Positions 1-9,313 are shown, numbered from the stretch's first letter. The stretch is DNA of 64,000 nucleotides from Candidatus Binatia bacterium (GCA_036496285.1 DASXLI010000018.1:650-64649), one strand, 5' to 3'. The notes: a model not told the origin generated them from the sequence alone. Program-made: numbers and translations.

Positions 1-8
1 CCAGGAGG

Positions 9-2846
9 ATGTCGTCGAGGGCCTCTACCTCGGGATGGCGGACTACCTGGGCAATCAGCGTCTGGCGAAGACGCTGTGAGCCGCGCAGAATTCCGCTCAT
101 GGCGATCGCGCAGCCTTTGATCGGCTCGATCGGCGCGCTTCCGGAGCTGCCCGCGGTCGATGACGGTGGCGGCAACCTGAGCGCCATCACCAAGCAGTAC
201 ATCCTCGACGTGCACGGGGTGCTGGCCGAGCGCCATCGCGCCGGAGCGAGTGGCACTGCGGTCGTGTCGGCGTATACGGGCGCCGTCGATCGGCTGGTGA
301 ACTTCCTCTTCAACTCGGCGACGGCCGAGTACACGCGCCGCTACGTCATGCTCGACCACCGCTGCACGGTCGCAGCGCAGGGCGGCTACGGCCGCTCCGA
401 GCTGAACCCGGCGTCGGACATCGACCTGCTCGTGCTCTATCCATGGAAGCCGAATGCCTACGTCGAGACGGTCGCCGAGCGCATCCTCTACACATTGTGG
501 GACGCGGGCCTCGTGGTCGGCCACGCGAGCCGCAACGTCGAGACCTGCGTGCGCCTCGCAGCGCAGGAGCTCAAGGTGAAGACGGCGCTGCTCGACGCAC
601 GCTACCTCGCCGGCGACCTCGCGCTCTACGGGCAATTCGAGAAGGCGCTCGAGTCGGACGTCCTCAAGAAGAACCCGGCGCGCTTCTACCGCGAGAAGCT
701 CGCGGAGAGCGAGGAGCGTCACCGCCGCTCCGGCGACTCCATCTTCATGCTCGAGCCGCAGCTCAAGGACGGTGCCGGCGGTCTGCGCGACATCCATACG
801 GCGATGTGGCTGGCCAAGGTGAAGTACAAGGTGAAGAGCCTCGGCGAGCTCGTGGTGAAGGGCGTGATCAGCGACCGCGAGCGTCTCGAGGTGGAGGCGT
901 CGCAGGACTTCATCTTCCGGGTGCGGAACGCGCTGCACTTCGCGACCGGGGCCCATCAGGACCAGCTGACGTTCGAGTTCCAGGACCCGATCGCCGCCGA
1001 GCTCGGATTCGTCGGCCACGGCAACCGCCGCGCGGTCGCCGACTTCATGAAGACGTACTACGTGCACGCCCGGACCGTGCAGCGCTTCTCCAACATCGTG
1101 ATCGAGCGCTGCACCGAGCGCCCGAACCCGTACCGCCTGATCGGGCGCGTCATCGGCCGCGACATCCGCGAGGGCGTGCGCATCATGAACCGCACGCTCT
1201 CCGCCAACGGCGCCGACGTGCTGCAGCGCGACCCGTCGAACCTCATCACGCTCTTCCGCGACGCGCAGCGCCACGGCGTCCAGCTCACGGAGGGGACGAA
1301 GCGGCTCATCCGCGAGCACCTCGATCTGATCGGCGAGGCCGAGCGCAACGATCCCGCGTTCATCGGGCCGTTCCGCGACATCCTGGCGTGGAAGAGCGAC
1401 GTGTGGGCGACGCTACGCGAGATGCACTCGGTCGGGGTGCTGTGCCAGCTCTTCCCCGAGTTCGCCCGCATCGACGGGATGGTGCAGCGCGACCTCTACC
1501 ACATCTACACGGTCGACGAGCACTCGCTGATGGGCGTGCGCGAGCTCGAGCGCCTGCGGCACGGCGAGTCCAAGGACATCGCGCCGCTTCTCACCGAGGT
1601 CGTACGTGAGCTCGAGCGCGTCGAGGTGCTGTACCTCGCGATGCTCTTCCACGACATCGGCAAGGGGCACGGCGACGAGCATCCCGCGCGCGGCGCGGCC
1701 TACGTGCCCGCCATCGCCGGCCGGCTCGGCCTGAACGAGGACGAGACGGCGCAGTGGGAATTCCTCGTGCGCCAGCACCTGTACATGTCGTACCTGGCGC
1801 AGCACCGCGATACCCACGATCCGCGGCTCGTGCGGGAATTCGCGAGTACCGTCGGCAACGTCAGCAACCTGCAGCTGCTTTACGTTCTCACGTTCGCCGA
1901 CATGCGGGCGGTCGGCCCGAAGGTCTGGAACAACTGGCGCGACACCCTGCTCGGCGAGCTCTACATGCAGGCGCGCGCGCTGTTCGAGCAGGCGCAGCTC
2001 GGCGAGCAGAACGCCGAGGCGCATGCGGCGCGCGTGCGCGCCCGCGTCCTCGCGCGGGTCGAGGAGTCGCGCCGCGCCGCGCTCGAGTCGTTCCTCGCCA
2101 GCATGCCCGAGCGCTACCTCACGTCGACGCCCGAGCCGCAGATCGTCGCCCACTTCGAGCTGATGAATCGCCTGCGCGACGAGTGGAGCACGCGCCCGGA
2201 GGCGGAGCATGCGAATCTCTTCGTCAGCACCGTGCGGCACTTCGAGGAGGCGGAGTACACGGAGTATACGATCTGCACGCCCGACCGGCCGGGGCTCTTC
2301 GCCATGATCACCGGCGTGCTGACTGCGCACGGCATGAACATCGTCGGGGCGCGCATCACGACCTCGCGCGGCGGCATTGCGCTCGACACGTTCCGACTCG
2401 GCCACTTCGAGGGACGGGAGATGGTGCTGGAGCCCGAGCGCTGGGAGCGGGTGCAGCGCACGCTCGAGCGCGTGCTGCGCGGCGAGGTCGACATCGAGAA
2501 GCTCGTGGAGTCGTCCGGCCGGCCGTCGATCCTGGAGCGCCCCGTCCCCGCCGGCTCGACGGAGGTGATCGCCGACAACGAGATCGCCGACGACTACACG
2601 GTGCTCGACGTGATCACACGCGACCGGGTGGGCGTGCTCTTCACGATCACCTACACGCTGCATCGCCTCGGCCTCGTCATCCACCTCGCCAAGATCACCA
2701 CGCAGGTGCACCAGGTGTTCGACGTCTTCTACGTCACCGATGCGAGCGGCGCGAAGATCACCGCTCCGGAGCGCCTGGAGCAGGTACGCGAGGCGGTCGC
2801 GGCGCAGCTCACGCTGCTCGGGACGGCGGCGCTGGCGGCGACGTGA
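9..2846 (+). CDS. glnD: [Protein-PII] uridylyltransferase / bifunctional uridylyl-removing enzyme GlnD-like. Nucleotidyltransferase and HD domains plus two C-terminal ACT domains.
   Basis: Track ORF of 945 aa. Contains an HD motif (LFHDIGKG) and a nucleotidyltransferase region (GGYGRSELNPASDIDLLVL). C-terminal ACT-like repeats are present (ICTPDRPGLFAMITGVL and VITRDRVGVLFTITYTL). The true start may be the ATG at 99 (MAIAQP...) because the ORF opens at the window edge. Confidence 0.8.
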   Translation: MSSRASTSGWRTTWAISVWRRRCEPRRIPLMAIAQPLIGSIGALPELPAVDDGGGNLSAITKQYILDVHGVLAERHRAGASGTAVVSAYTGAVDRLVNFLFNSATAEYTRRYVMLDHRCTVAAQGGYGRSELNPASDIDLLVLYPWKPNAYVETVAERILYTLWDAGLVVGHASRNVETCVRLAAQELKVKTALLDARYLAGDLALYGQFEKALESDVLKKNPARFYREKLAESEERHRRSGDSIFMLEPQLKDGAGGLRDIHTAMWLAKVKYKVKSLGELVVKGVISDRERLEVEASQDFIFRVRNALHFATGAHQDQLTFEFQDPIAAELGFVGHGNRRAVADFMKTYYVHARTVQRFSNIVIERCTERPNPYRLIGRVIGRDIREGVRIMNRTLSANGADVLQRDPSNLITLFRDAQRHGVQLTEGTKRLIREHLDLIGEAERNDPAFIGPFRDILAWKSDVWATLREMHSVGVLCQLFPEFARIDGMVQRDLYHIYTVDEHSLMGVRELERLRHGESKDIAPLLTEVVRELERVEVLYLAMLFHDIGKGHGDEHPARGAAYVPAIAGRLGLNEDETAQWEFLVRQHLYMSYLAQHRDTHDPRLVREFASTVGNVSNLQLLYVLTFADMRAVGPKVWNNWRDTLLGELYMQARALFEQAQLGEQNAEAHAARVRARVLARVEESRRAALESFLASMPERYLTSTPEPQIVAHFELMNRLRDEWSTRPEAEHANLFVSTVRHFEEAEYTEYTICTPDRPGLFAMITGVLTAHGMNIVGARITTSRGGIALDTFRLGHFEGREMVLEPERWERVQRTLERVLRGEVDIEKLVESSGRPSILERPVPAGSTEVIADNEIADDYTVLDVITRDRVGVLFTITYTLHRLGLVIHLAKITTQVHQVFDVFYVTDASGAKITAPERLEQVREAVAAQLTLLGTAALAAT

Positions 2847-3757
2847 CGTCGCTCGACGGCTGGATCGACCGGTTCCTCACGTTTGCGGCGGCGGAACGGG
2901 GCTTCTCGCCGCATACGGTCGCCGCCTACGCGCGGGATCTCACCCGGCTCGCGGCGTTCGCGGAGGAGCGCGGTGTCCGCACCGTCGGCAAGCTCCAGCC
3001 GGATCTGCTGCGCGACTTCCTCGCCGCGGAGCGGCGCGGTGGGCTCAGCGCGCGGAGCCAGGCGCGGCGGGCAGCAGCGCTCCGCGGGTTCGGGCGCTTC
3101 CTCGTGCTCGCGGGCGTGCTCGCGGCGTCGCCCGCCGCCGAGCTGCGCGTGCGCTCCGGCGTTCCGGCGCTGCCGCACGCCCCGGGAGCCGACGACGTGC
3201 GTATCCTCTTGGAGACGCCGGAGGCCGACTCCCCGCTCGGCCGGCGCGACCGCGCGATGCTCGAGCTGCTCTACGGCGCGGGCTTGCGCGTCACCGAGCT
3301 GGTCCGTCTGCGGCAGGCCAACATCGACTTCGACGCGAGCTGCGTGCGCCTGATGGGGAAGGGGAGTCGGGAGCGGGTCGTGCCGCTCGGGCGTGCCGCG
3401 CGTGCCTGTCTCGAGCAATACCTCAAGGAGGCGCGGCCGCTGCTGGCGCGCGGCGCCCGGTCGCGGGCCGAGCTCTTCATCTCGCGGCGCGGCGAGCCCC
3501 TCTCACGGCAGGCGATCTGGAAGCTCTTGAAGGGCCATCTGCGGCGCGCATCGCTCGACGCGCGGCTCTCGCCGCACAGCCTGCGTCATGCGTTCGCGAC
3601 GCACCTGCTCGACGGCGGCGCCGACCTGCGTGCGGTGCAGGCGATGCTCGGCCACGCTGAGATCGCGACGACGCAGATCTACACGCACGTCGCACCGCGC
3701 CGGCTGCGCGAGGTGCATCGTCGCTACCACCCGCGCGTGGGCGGCGCCGGACGCTGA
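2843..3757 (+). CDS. xerD: Tyrosine site-specific recombinase XerD-like (chromosome dimer resolution).
   Basis: GTG start overlaps the glnD stop codon. The C-terminal catalytic region HSLRHAFATHLLDGGADLRAVQAMLGHAEIATTQIYTHV matches the XerC/XerD R-H-R-Y signature. The protein is about 304 aa; the N-terminal extension of track ORF 1754..3757 is out-of-frame glnD sequence. Confidence 0.75.
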   Translation: MTSLDGWIDRFLTFAAAERGFSPHTVAAYARDLTRLAAFAEERGVRTVGKLQPDLLRDFLAAERRGGLSARSQARRAAALRGFGRFLVLAGVLAASPAAELRVRSGVPALPHAPGADDVRILLETPEADSPLGRRDRAMLELLYGAGLRVTELVRLRQANIDFDASCVRLMGKGSRERVVPLGRAARACLEQYLKEARPLLARGARSRAELFISRRGEPLSRQAIWKLLKGHLRRASLDARLSPHSLRHAFATHLLDGGADLRAVQAMLGHAEIATTQIYTHVAPRRLREVHRRYHPRVGGAGR

Positions 3758-3797
3758 TCGCAATTGCGCGCTCCGCCGTTGCTTGTTAGTTACAGCC

Positions 3798-4490
3798 ATG
3801 GGGAGTCACGACCAGACGACGCTCGAGCTGCTGCGGCAGATCGTGCTGATGGTCGTGCCGTTGCTGGTGGCGGTCATTTTCCACGAGGTCGCGCATGGGG
3901 TGGTGGCGCTGAGGCTGGGTGACGATACGGCGCAACGCGCGGGTCGTCTGACCCTGAACCCGCTGCCGCACATCGATCCCTTCGGGACGGTGCTGTTGCC
4001 GGCGATGTTGGCGTTCGCGGGCGCGCCCGTCTTCGGCTACGCCCGGCCCGTGCCGGTCGACTATCGCAACCTGCGCGAGCCACGGCGGCGCGGCATGGTG
4101 CTGGTCGCGCTCGCGGGGCCGCTCACCAACGTCGCGCTCGCGACGGCGAGCGCGCTGTTCTTCCGCGGCCTCCTGCATCGGCTGGACGGGATCGACGTGG
4201 ATGCGGGCGGGCTCAGCGTCCAGCTCGCGACGTGGGTGCTGGTGCCGCTCGCCATCATGGCGAAGTACGCGGTGCTGACCAACGTCGTCCTCGCCGTCTT
4301 CAACCTGATCCCGATCCCGCCGCTCGACGGCGGACGCGTCCTGACCGGCCTGCTGCCGCTGCCGTACGCACGCCGGCTCGCCGCGATCGAGCCGTACGGC
4401 ATCCTCATCATGATGGCGCTCCTGATGACACGCTCTCTCGGCGCCATCATCGACACCCCGGTGCGCGTGCTCCTGCGGGTGCTCCTGTGA
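3798..4490 (+). CDS. Peptidase M50 / site-2-protease-family zinc metalloprotease (membrane).
   Basis: Contains the HExxH motif (FHEVAHGV) within hydrophobic helices and has multiple predicted transmembrane segments. The ATG at 3798 (MGSHDQ...) lies inside track ORF 3588..4490. Confidence 0.65.
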   Translation: MGSHDQTTLELLRQIVLMVVPLLVAVIFHEVAHGVVALRLGDDTAQRAGRLTLNPLPHIDPFGTVLLPAMLAFAGAPVFGYARPVPVDYRNLREPRRRGMVLVALAGPLTNVALATASALFFRGLLHRLDGIDVDAGGLSVQLATWVLVPLAIMAKYAVLTNVVLAVFNLIPIPPLDGGRVLTGLLPLPYARRLAAIEPYGILIMMALLMTRSLGAIIDTPVRVLLRVLL

Positions 4491-5485
4491 CCGCCGGGCA
4501 GCGTATCGTGAGCGGCATGCGTCCGACCGGACGGCTGCACCTCGGCCACCTGCTCGGCACGCTCCGCAACTGGCGTTCCCTGCAGGCGCGCGCGGAGTGC
4601 TTCTTCTTCGTCGCCGACTGGCACGCGCTCACCACCGACTACGACCGCAGCGAGGGGATGAGCGCGAACATCCTCGAAATGGTGATCGACTGGATCGCGG
4701 CGGGGATCGACCCGGAGCAGGTGACGATCTTCGTGCAGTCGGCCATTCCCGAGCACGCCGAGCTCCATCTCCTGCTCTCGATGATCACCCCGGTCGGCTG
4801 GCTCGAGCGCGTGCCGACCTACAAGGAGACCCAGCAGCAGCTCGAGGACCGCGACCTCTCCACCTACGGCTTCCTCGGCTATCCCGTGCTGCAGGCGGCC
4901 GACATCCTCATGTACCACGCAACGGGCGTGCCTGTCGGCGCCGATCAGGTACCGCACGTCGAGCTGACGCGTGAGATCGCGCGCCGCTTCAACCACCTCT
5001 TCGGCGACACGTTCGTCGAGCCGCAGGCGCTCCTCGCGGAGACCCCGCGCGTGCCGGGGCTCGACGGCCGCAAGATGAGCAAGAGCTACGGCAACGCCGT
5101 GTTCCTCGCCGACGACGCCGCGGAGGTGAAGGCGAAGCTGTCGCGCATGATGACCGATCCGCGCCGCGCGCGCCGCAAGGACCCCGGCGACCCGAGCGAC
5201 TGCCCGGCGTACAACCTGCACAGGGTCTACTGCACGCCCGAGGAGCTCGCGTACACGGCGCACGGGTGCCGGACGGCGGAGATCGGCTGCCTCGACTGCA
5301 AGCAGATCATGATCGCGCGCGCGGAAGAGGAGCTTGGACCACTGCGAGCGCGGCGCGCGGCGCTGGCCGCCCGGCCGGACGACGTGCGCGACGTGCTCGC
5401 GCGCGGCACGGCGCGGGCACGGGGCGTGGCGGCCGAGACCATGGCGCGTGTCCGCGAGCGCGTCGGGGTGGGAGGAGGCGTATGA
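4487..5485 (+). CDS. trpS: Tryptophan--tRNA ligase.
   Basis: Class I aminoacyl-tRNA synthetase signatures are present: a HIGH-like motif (PTGRLHLGH) and KMSKS. The overall architecture is TrpS-like. The GTG start overlaps the stop of the upstream M50 gene. Confidence 0.85.
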   Translation: MTAGQRIVSGMRPTGRLHLGHLLGTLRNWRSLQARAECFFFVADWHALTTDYDRSEGMSANILEMVIDWIAAGIDPEQVTIFVQSAIPEHAELHLLLSMITPVGWLERVPTYKETQQQLEDRDLSTYGFLGYPVLQAADILMYHATGVPVGADQVPHVELTREIARRFNHLFGDTFVEPQALLAETPRVPGLDGRKMSKSYGNAVFLADDAAEVKAKLSRMMTDPRRARRKDPGDPSDCPAYNLHRVYCTPEELAYTAHGCRTAEIGCLDCKQIMIARAEEELGPLRARRAALAARPDDVRDVLARGTARARGVAAETMARVRERVGVGGGV

Positions 5486-6243
5486 CGTATCAGGTCAAGC
5501 TCGAGGTGTTCGAGGGGCCGCTCGATCTGCTCCTGCACCTCATCAAGCGCGAGGAGGTCGACATCTACGACATTCCGGTCGCGCGCATCACGGATCAGTA
5601 CCTGCAGATGGTCGACATGATGCAGGACATGAACCTCGACGTCGCCGGCGAGTACCTGGTCATGGCGGCGACGCTCATGCACCTCAAGTCGCGCCTCCTG
5701 CTGCCGCCGTCGGAGACCGACGCGGACGAGCCCGAGGAGGACCCGCGGACGGAGCTGGTGCAGCAGCTGCTCGAATACCAGCGCTATCGCGAGGCCGCCC
5801 TCGAGCTCGGCTCGCGGCCGGTGCTGCGGCGCGACGTCTTCCGCCGCGAGCCCGATGTGCCCGCGCGCGACGAGCAAGAGGGGGTGCGCCTGCGCGACGT
5901 CTCGCTTGCCGACCTGCTGGAGGCGTTCCGCGAGGTCCTGGAACGGGCAGCGCGCGAGAGCTTCCACGAGATCGTGCACGAGGAGATCTCGGTCACCGAG
6001 TGCGTCGACGTGATCGTGCGCCGGCTGGAGGCGGAGGGGCGGCTGCGTTTCGCCGACCTCTTCACCGACGGGCCGAGCCGCCTCCGCCTGGTGGCGACGT
6101 TCCTCGCGCTGCTCGAGTTGGTGAAGGCGCAGGCGATCCGTGCCTGCCAGGAGGAGGAGTTCGGCGAGATCCTGCTCCTGCCCGGACCCCAGGCAGGACA
6201 CAGCACGCTCGACCTGACGGAGGAGGATGGCAATGGCCGATGA
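5482..6243 (+). CDS. scpA: Segregation and condensation protein A (kleisin).
   Basis: The N-terminus MTYQVKLEVFEGPLDLLLHLIKREEVDIYDIPVARITDQYL is the canonical ScpA start. The ATG overlaps the trpS stop (ATGA). Confidence 0.85.
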   Translation: MTYQVKLEVFEGPLDLLLHLIKREEVDIYDIPVARITDQYLQMVDMMQDMNLDVAGEYLVMAATLMHLKSRLLLPPSETDADEPEEDPRTELVQQLLEYQRYREAALELGSRPVLRRDVFRREPDVPARDEQEGVRLRDVSLADLLEAFREVLERAARESFHEIVHEEISVTECVDVIVRRLEAEGRLRFADLFTDGPSRLRLVATFLALLELVKAQAIRACQEEEFGEILLLPGPQAGHSTLDLTEEDGNGR

Positions 6244-7057
6244 CGGCATGGACGTCGTGACGCTGGCGGAGGAAGAGCTCGCGATCGAGGAGGCCGCCGA
6301 GCCCGAGAGCGCTGAAATCGACGAGCGCCTGCTCGGCATCCTCGAAAGCGTTCTCTTCGCGGCCGGCGAGCCGCTCACTCTGGCGCGCCTCGCCGACGTG
6401 ATCCCGGGCCCGACGCGAGGGGAGCTGCGCGTCGCGCTGCGCGAGCTCGCGGCACGCGCCGAACGCGACCAGCGCGGCATACGGCTCCTCGAGGTCGCGG
6501 GCGGTTATCAGTTCCGCACCGACCCAGCCCACGCCGAGTGGGTGCGCCGGCTCTTCCAGCAGAAGCCGTGGCGCCTGACGCGCGCCACGCTCGAGACCCT
6601 GGCGATCGTCGCCTACAAGCAGCCGATCACGCGCGCCGAGATCGAGGCGATCCGCGGCGTCGACGCCGACAGCGTGCTGGCATCCCTGCTCTCGCGTAAG
6701 CTGGTCAAGATCGTCGGGCGCAAGGAAGTGATGGGCCGCCCGTTGCTGTACGGCACGACGCGGCAGTTCCTCGAGGTCTTCGGGCTGCGCGATCTCACCG
6801 AGCTACCGGCGCTCGGCGAGGTCGTCGCCGCGCTTCCCGAAGCGGTCGAGGCTGGCGCGGCCGCCGCCGGCGACACCACCTGGAGCAGCGATGACAGTGG
6901 AAGCGAAGGCGAAAGCGACGGGACCCCGCTTGCAGAAGTGGCTGGCGGACGCGGGGATGTGCTCGCGTCGGGCGGCGGAGGAGCTCATTCGGCAGGGCCG
7001 GGTGAGGGTGAACGGCCGCGCGGTGACGGAGCTCGGGACCCGGGCGACCGCAGCTGA
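6227..7057 (+). CDS. scpB: Segregation and condensation protein B; the acidic/low-complexity C-terminal tail is of uncertain true length.
   Basis: Winged-helix ScpB motifs are present: ILESVLFAAGEPLTL, LEVAGGYQFRT and the second winged helix (AIVAYKQPITRAEIEAIRGV). The last roughly 55 codons overlap the rluB start in another frame. Confidence 0.7.
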   Translation: MAMADDGMDVVTLAEEELAIEEAAEPESAEIDERLLGILESVLFAAGEPLTLARLADVIPGPTRGELRVALRELAARAERDQRGIRLLEVAGGYQFRTDPAHAEWVRRLFQQKPWRLTRATLETLAIVAYKQPITRAEIEAIRGVDADSVLASLLSRKLVKIVGRKEVMGRPLLYGTTRQFLEVFGLRDLTELPALGEVVAALPEAVEAGAAAAGDTTWSSDDSGSEGESDGTPLAEVAGGRGDVLASGGGGAHSAGPGEGERPRGDGARDPGDRS

Positions 7058-7691
7058 CACGATCACCGTCGACGGCAAGCCCATCGCCGTCCAGCGCGAG
7101 CTGCTCTACTGCCTGCTGCACAAGCCGGCGGGAGTCGTGACCACGCTGAGCGACCCCGAAGGCCGGCCCACGGTGCGCTCCCTGCTGCCGCGGAAGCTGC
7201 CGCGCATCTTTCCGGTCGGGCGGCTCGATGTGCAGTCGACCGGCCTGGTGCTGCTCACCAACGATGGCGAGCTCGCCGCGCGCCTCATGCATCCGCGCCA
7301 TCACGTGCCGCGCACGTACCGCGTCAAGGTCCGCGGCCGTCCCGACGTGCGCGCCCTCGAGCGGCTGCGCCGCGGCATGCGTCTCGAGGACGGTCCGACC
7401 GGGCCCGCGGAGGTGACCGTCGAGCGCGAGCTGCCGACCAAGACCTGGCTGCGCATCGTCGTGCACGAGGGCCGCCGTCATCTCGTGCGCCGCATGTGTC
7501 ACGCGATCGGCCATGGCGCCGAGAAGCTCCAGCGCATCGGCCTCGGGCCGCTGGCGCTTGGACGCGTGTCGCTCGGCGAGGCGCGTCTGCTCGCGCCGCA
7601 CGAGAGCGCCGCGCTGCGTCGCGCCGTCGGCCTCGAGCGTCCGTCGTCGCGCCCGCGACGGCGAGAGCCGCGCCGGTCGCGCGCTCGCTGA
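6891..7691 (+). CDS. rluB: 23S rRNA pseudouridine synthase RluB-like (RsuA/RluB family, S4 domain at the N-terminus).
   Basis: An S4 domain (RLQKWLADAGMCSRRAAEELIRQGRVRVNG) is followed by a pseudouridine synthase core with the catalytic Asp motif (PVGRLDVQSTGLVLLTNDGELA). Confidence 0.8.
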   Translation: MTVEAKAKATGPRLQKWLADAGMCSRRAAEELIRQGRVRVNGRAVTELGTRATAADTITVDGKPIAVQRELLYCLLHKPAGVVTTLSDPEGRPTVRSLLPRKLPRIFPVGRLDVQSTGLVLLTNDGELAARLMHPRHHVPRTYRVKVRGRPDVRALERLRRGMRLEDGPTGPAEVTVERELPTKTWLRIVVHEGRRHLVRRMCHAIGHGAEKLQRIGLGPLALGRVSLGEARLLAPHESAALRRAVGLERPSSRPRRREPRRSRAR

Positions 7692-7936
7692 CGCACCGCG
7701 CCCGTCAAGTTCGTGTCCGGCGCGTCCAGCTTTGCACAGTGCGGAGGGGTGCGCGCGTGGATTTCCGACGCCGTCCGGGCGGCCGTGGCTTGGCACGAAA
7801 CGTGGTCGGCAGAGGGCTCACGCGCAGGGTCCGGCGCGACGTCGCCCGACATCCGCACGAGCTGTGATTGCAAACGATGCCGACTCCTCCTACAAAACGC
7901 ATGGGCCTGGGTGGAGTGGAGAGGGAGGATAGGGAC

Positions 7937-8218
7937 ATGGCGTTGCTTACCGCCACTGCGTCGACGGCGAACGGGCAGTTCTACGTATCGTCGGCACTGA
8001 CGCCGTACGACGTCGAGAACCTCTACGAGCAGTTCGCGATGTTGGGGCGTGGCGAGCACGGCGGCGTACGCGTTGAGGTCGAGCTGGGCCCGGACGCCGC
8101 GGACAGCCCGGAGATTCGCGCCTTCAGCCGCCGCATGAAGCGCCTGCAGCGGAACGGCGTCACGGTGCACTGGCACGCGACGCGCGCGCGCAAGCGCGAC
8201 GCGTTCGGCCCGCGTTGA
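7937..8218 (+). CDS. Small hypothetical protein (about 93 aa), possibly a minimal STAS / anti-sigma-antagonist-like fold; copy 1 of a paralog pair.
   Basis: GAGGGAGGA Shine-Dalgarno upstream of the ATG at 7937. About 35% identical in its core to the protein at 25588..25878 (TPYDVENL..., VRVEVEL..., RRMKRLQRNGVTVHW). Confidence 0.5.
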   Translation: MALLTATASTANGQFYVSSALTPYDVENLYEQFAMLGRGEHGGVRVEVELGPDAADSPEIRAFSRRMKRLQRNGVTVHWHATRARKRDAFGPR

Positions 8219-8282
8219 CACCTCGCAGAGCAGCCGATAAGTAGCTCCGCAGCGCGTCAAAGATTCTCCTGGACGCTCGTGA

Positions 8283-8356
<74 letters not shown>

Positions 8357-8371
8357 CTCCCTGGACAATCC

Positions 8372-8424
8372 GAGGCCCCCGAGATCGCGGTGTCGCCGCG
8401 CGTCTCGGGGGGCCTCGTGTTTCC
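8372..8424. terminator. GC-rich hairpin between the convergent tRNA-fMet and rhodanese genes; likely a bidirectional intrinsic terminator.
   Basis: Inverted repeat GAGGCCCCCGAGA ... TCTCGGGGGGCCTC followed by GTGTTTCC on the plus strand. Confidence 0.45.
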
Positions 8425-8427
8425 GGA

Positions 8428-8745
8428 TCAGTAGCGCGGCATCGTGGGATCGATCTCGACTGCCCAGCGCTCGATGCCACCCTGCAGGTTCTCGACGCGC
8501 ATGAAGTCGTGACGCTCGAGGAATGCGACGACCGCGGCGCTGCGCTGCCCATGATGGCAGTACACCACGAGATCCCGATCGGGATCGAGCTCGGTGATCC
8601 GCGCCGTCATCTCACCCATCGGGATGTGGATCGCGCCGGCGATGCGGCAGAGCGCGACCTCGTCGTCCTCGCGCACGTCGAGCAGGACGAGATCGTCGCC
8701 GGCGTCGAGCCGGCGGCGAACCTCCGCGGGCGTCGCCTCGCGCAC
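8428..8745 (-). CDS. Rhodanese-domain sulfurtransferase (single domain).
   Basis: Rhodanese fold with an active-site Cys loop (VVYCHHGQRSA) and an upstream LLDVRE motif. Confidence 0.8.
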   Translation of the reverse strand: MREATPAEVRRRLDAGDDLVLLDVREDDEVALCRIAGAIHIPMGEMTARITELDPDRDLVVYCHHGQRSAAVVAFLERHDFMRVENLQGGIERWAVEIDPTMPRY

Positions 8746-8753
8746 CGGCGCCG

Positions 8754-9313
8754 CTACGCCTCGGGGAGGTCGCGGCGTGGCATCTCCTGCGCGCGGCGGC
8801 GGAGTGGGGTCGAGCCGGCGATGAGCGCGCGGTGCTCCTCGTTGTACGAGAAGCAGGTGTTGCGCATGCCGGGCACCGCGCGTAGCACGGCGTCGTGGCG
8901 CATCGCGGGCTTGTCCTCGCCGTCGCGCAGCTCGGGCGGCAGGCTGCGGAAGAACGCGACGAAGTGGAGCTGGTACGCCGCCTGCGCGATCTCGACGACC
9001 AGCTCGGAGACGCGATGGCAGCCGCTCGCGCCGCCGATCGCAGCGCGCGCAGCCTGGGTGAAGCCGCGCGCCACCTTCATGCCGACGAGCTTCTGCATGT
9101 TCGGGTGCGTTTGGTTGCAGACGTTGGTGAAGGGGCCGTTCCGCACCTCGGAGCGGCTGGCGACGATCTCGAGCGACGGGTACGCGATCTCGACCTCGGC
9201 GTGGACGTCGTGGATCTCGTCCTGCAGGAACGACTCGATGAGGAAGCGGTCCGCCGCGAGCGGATAGATGTTCACTTCTTTGGTGCGGTGGTAAATCGCT
9301 TGGACCTCGGGCA
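8754..9313 (-). CDS. Hypothetical protein (about 186 aa, 3 Cys and several His); family not recognised.
   Basis: This is the 3' part of the artefactual 966-aa track ORF 8754..11654. It has balanced, non-Arg-rich composition starting at [19 protein letters not shown].... Its start overlaps the tag stop by about 42 nt. Confidence 0.45.

Noticed and set aside
443-2711. ORFs 443..1609 (+), 1058..1471 (-) and 1413..2711 (-) inside glnD.
   Set aside because: Alternative-frame or antisense artefacts with Arg-rich, low-complexity translations; the glnD frame carries the recognisable domains.
2843-3757. The XerD-like recombinase as a sign of an integrative mobile element.
   Set aside because: Sequence (RHAFATHLL...TTQIYTHV) and context (between glnD and housekeeping genes, no att repeats, no cargo) fit chromosomal dimer-resolution XerD rather than a phage or ICE integrase.
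7790-7830. TGGCAC elements in the two paralog leaders considered as sigma54 -24/-12 promoters.
   Set aside because: No TTGC-like -12 element at the required 11-nt GG-to-GC spacing in either leader.
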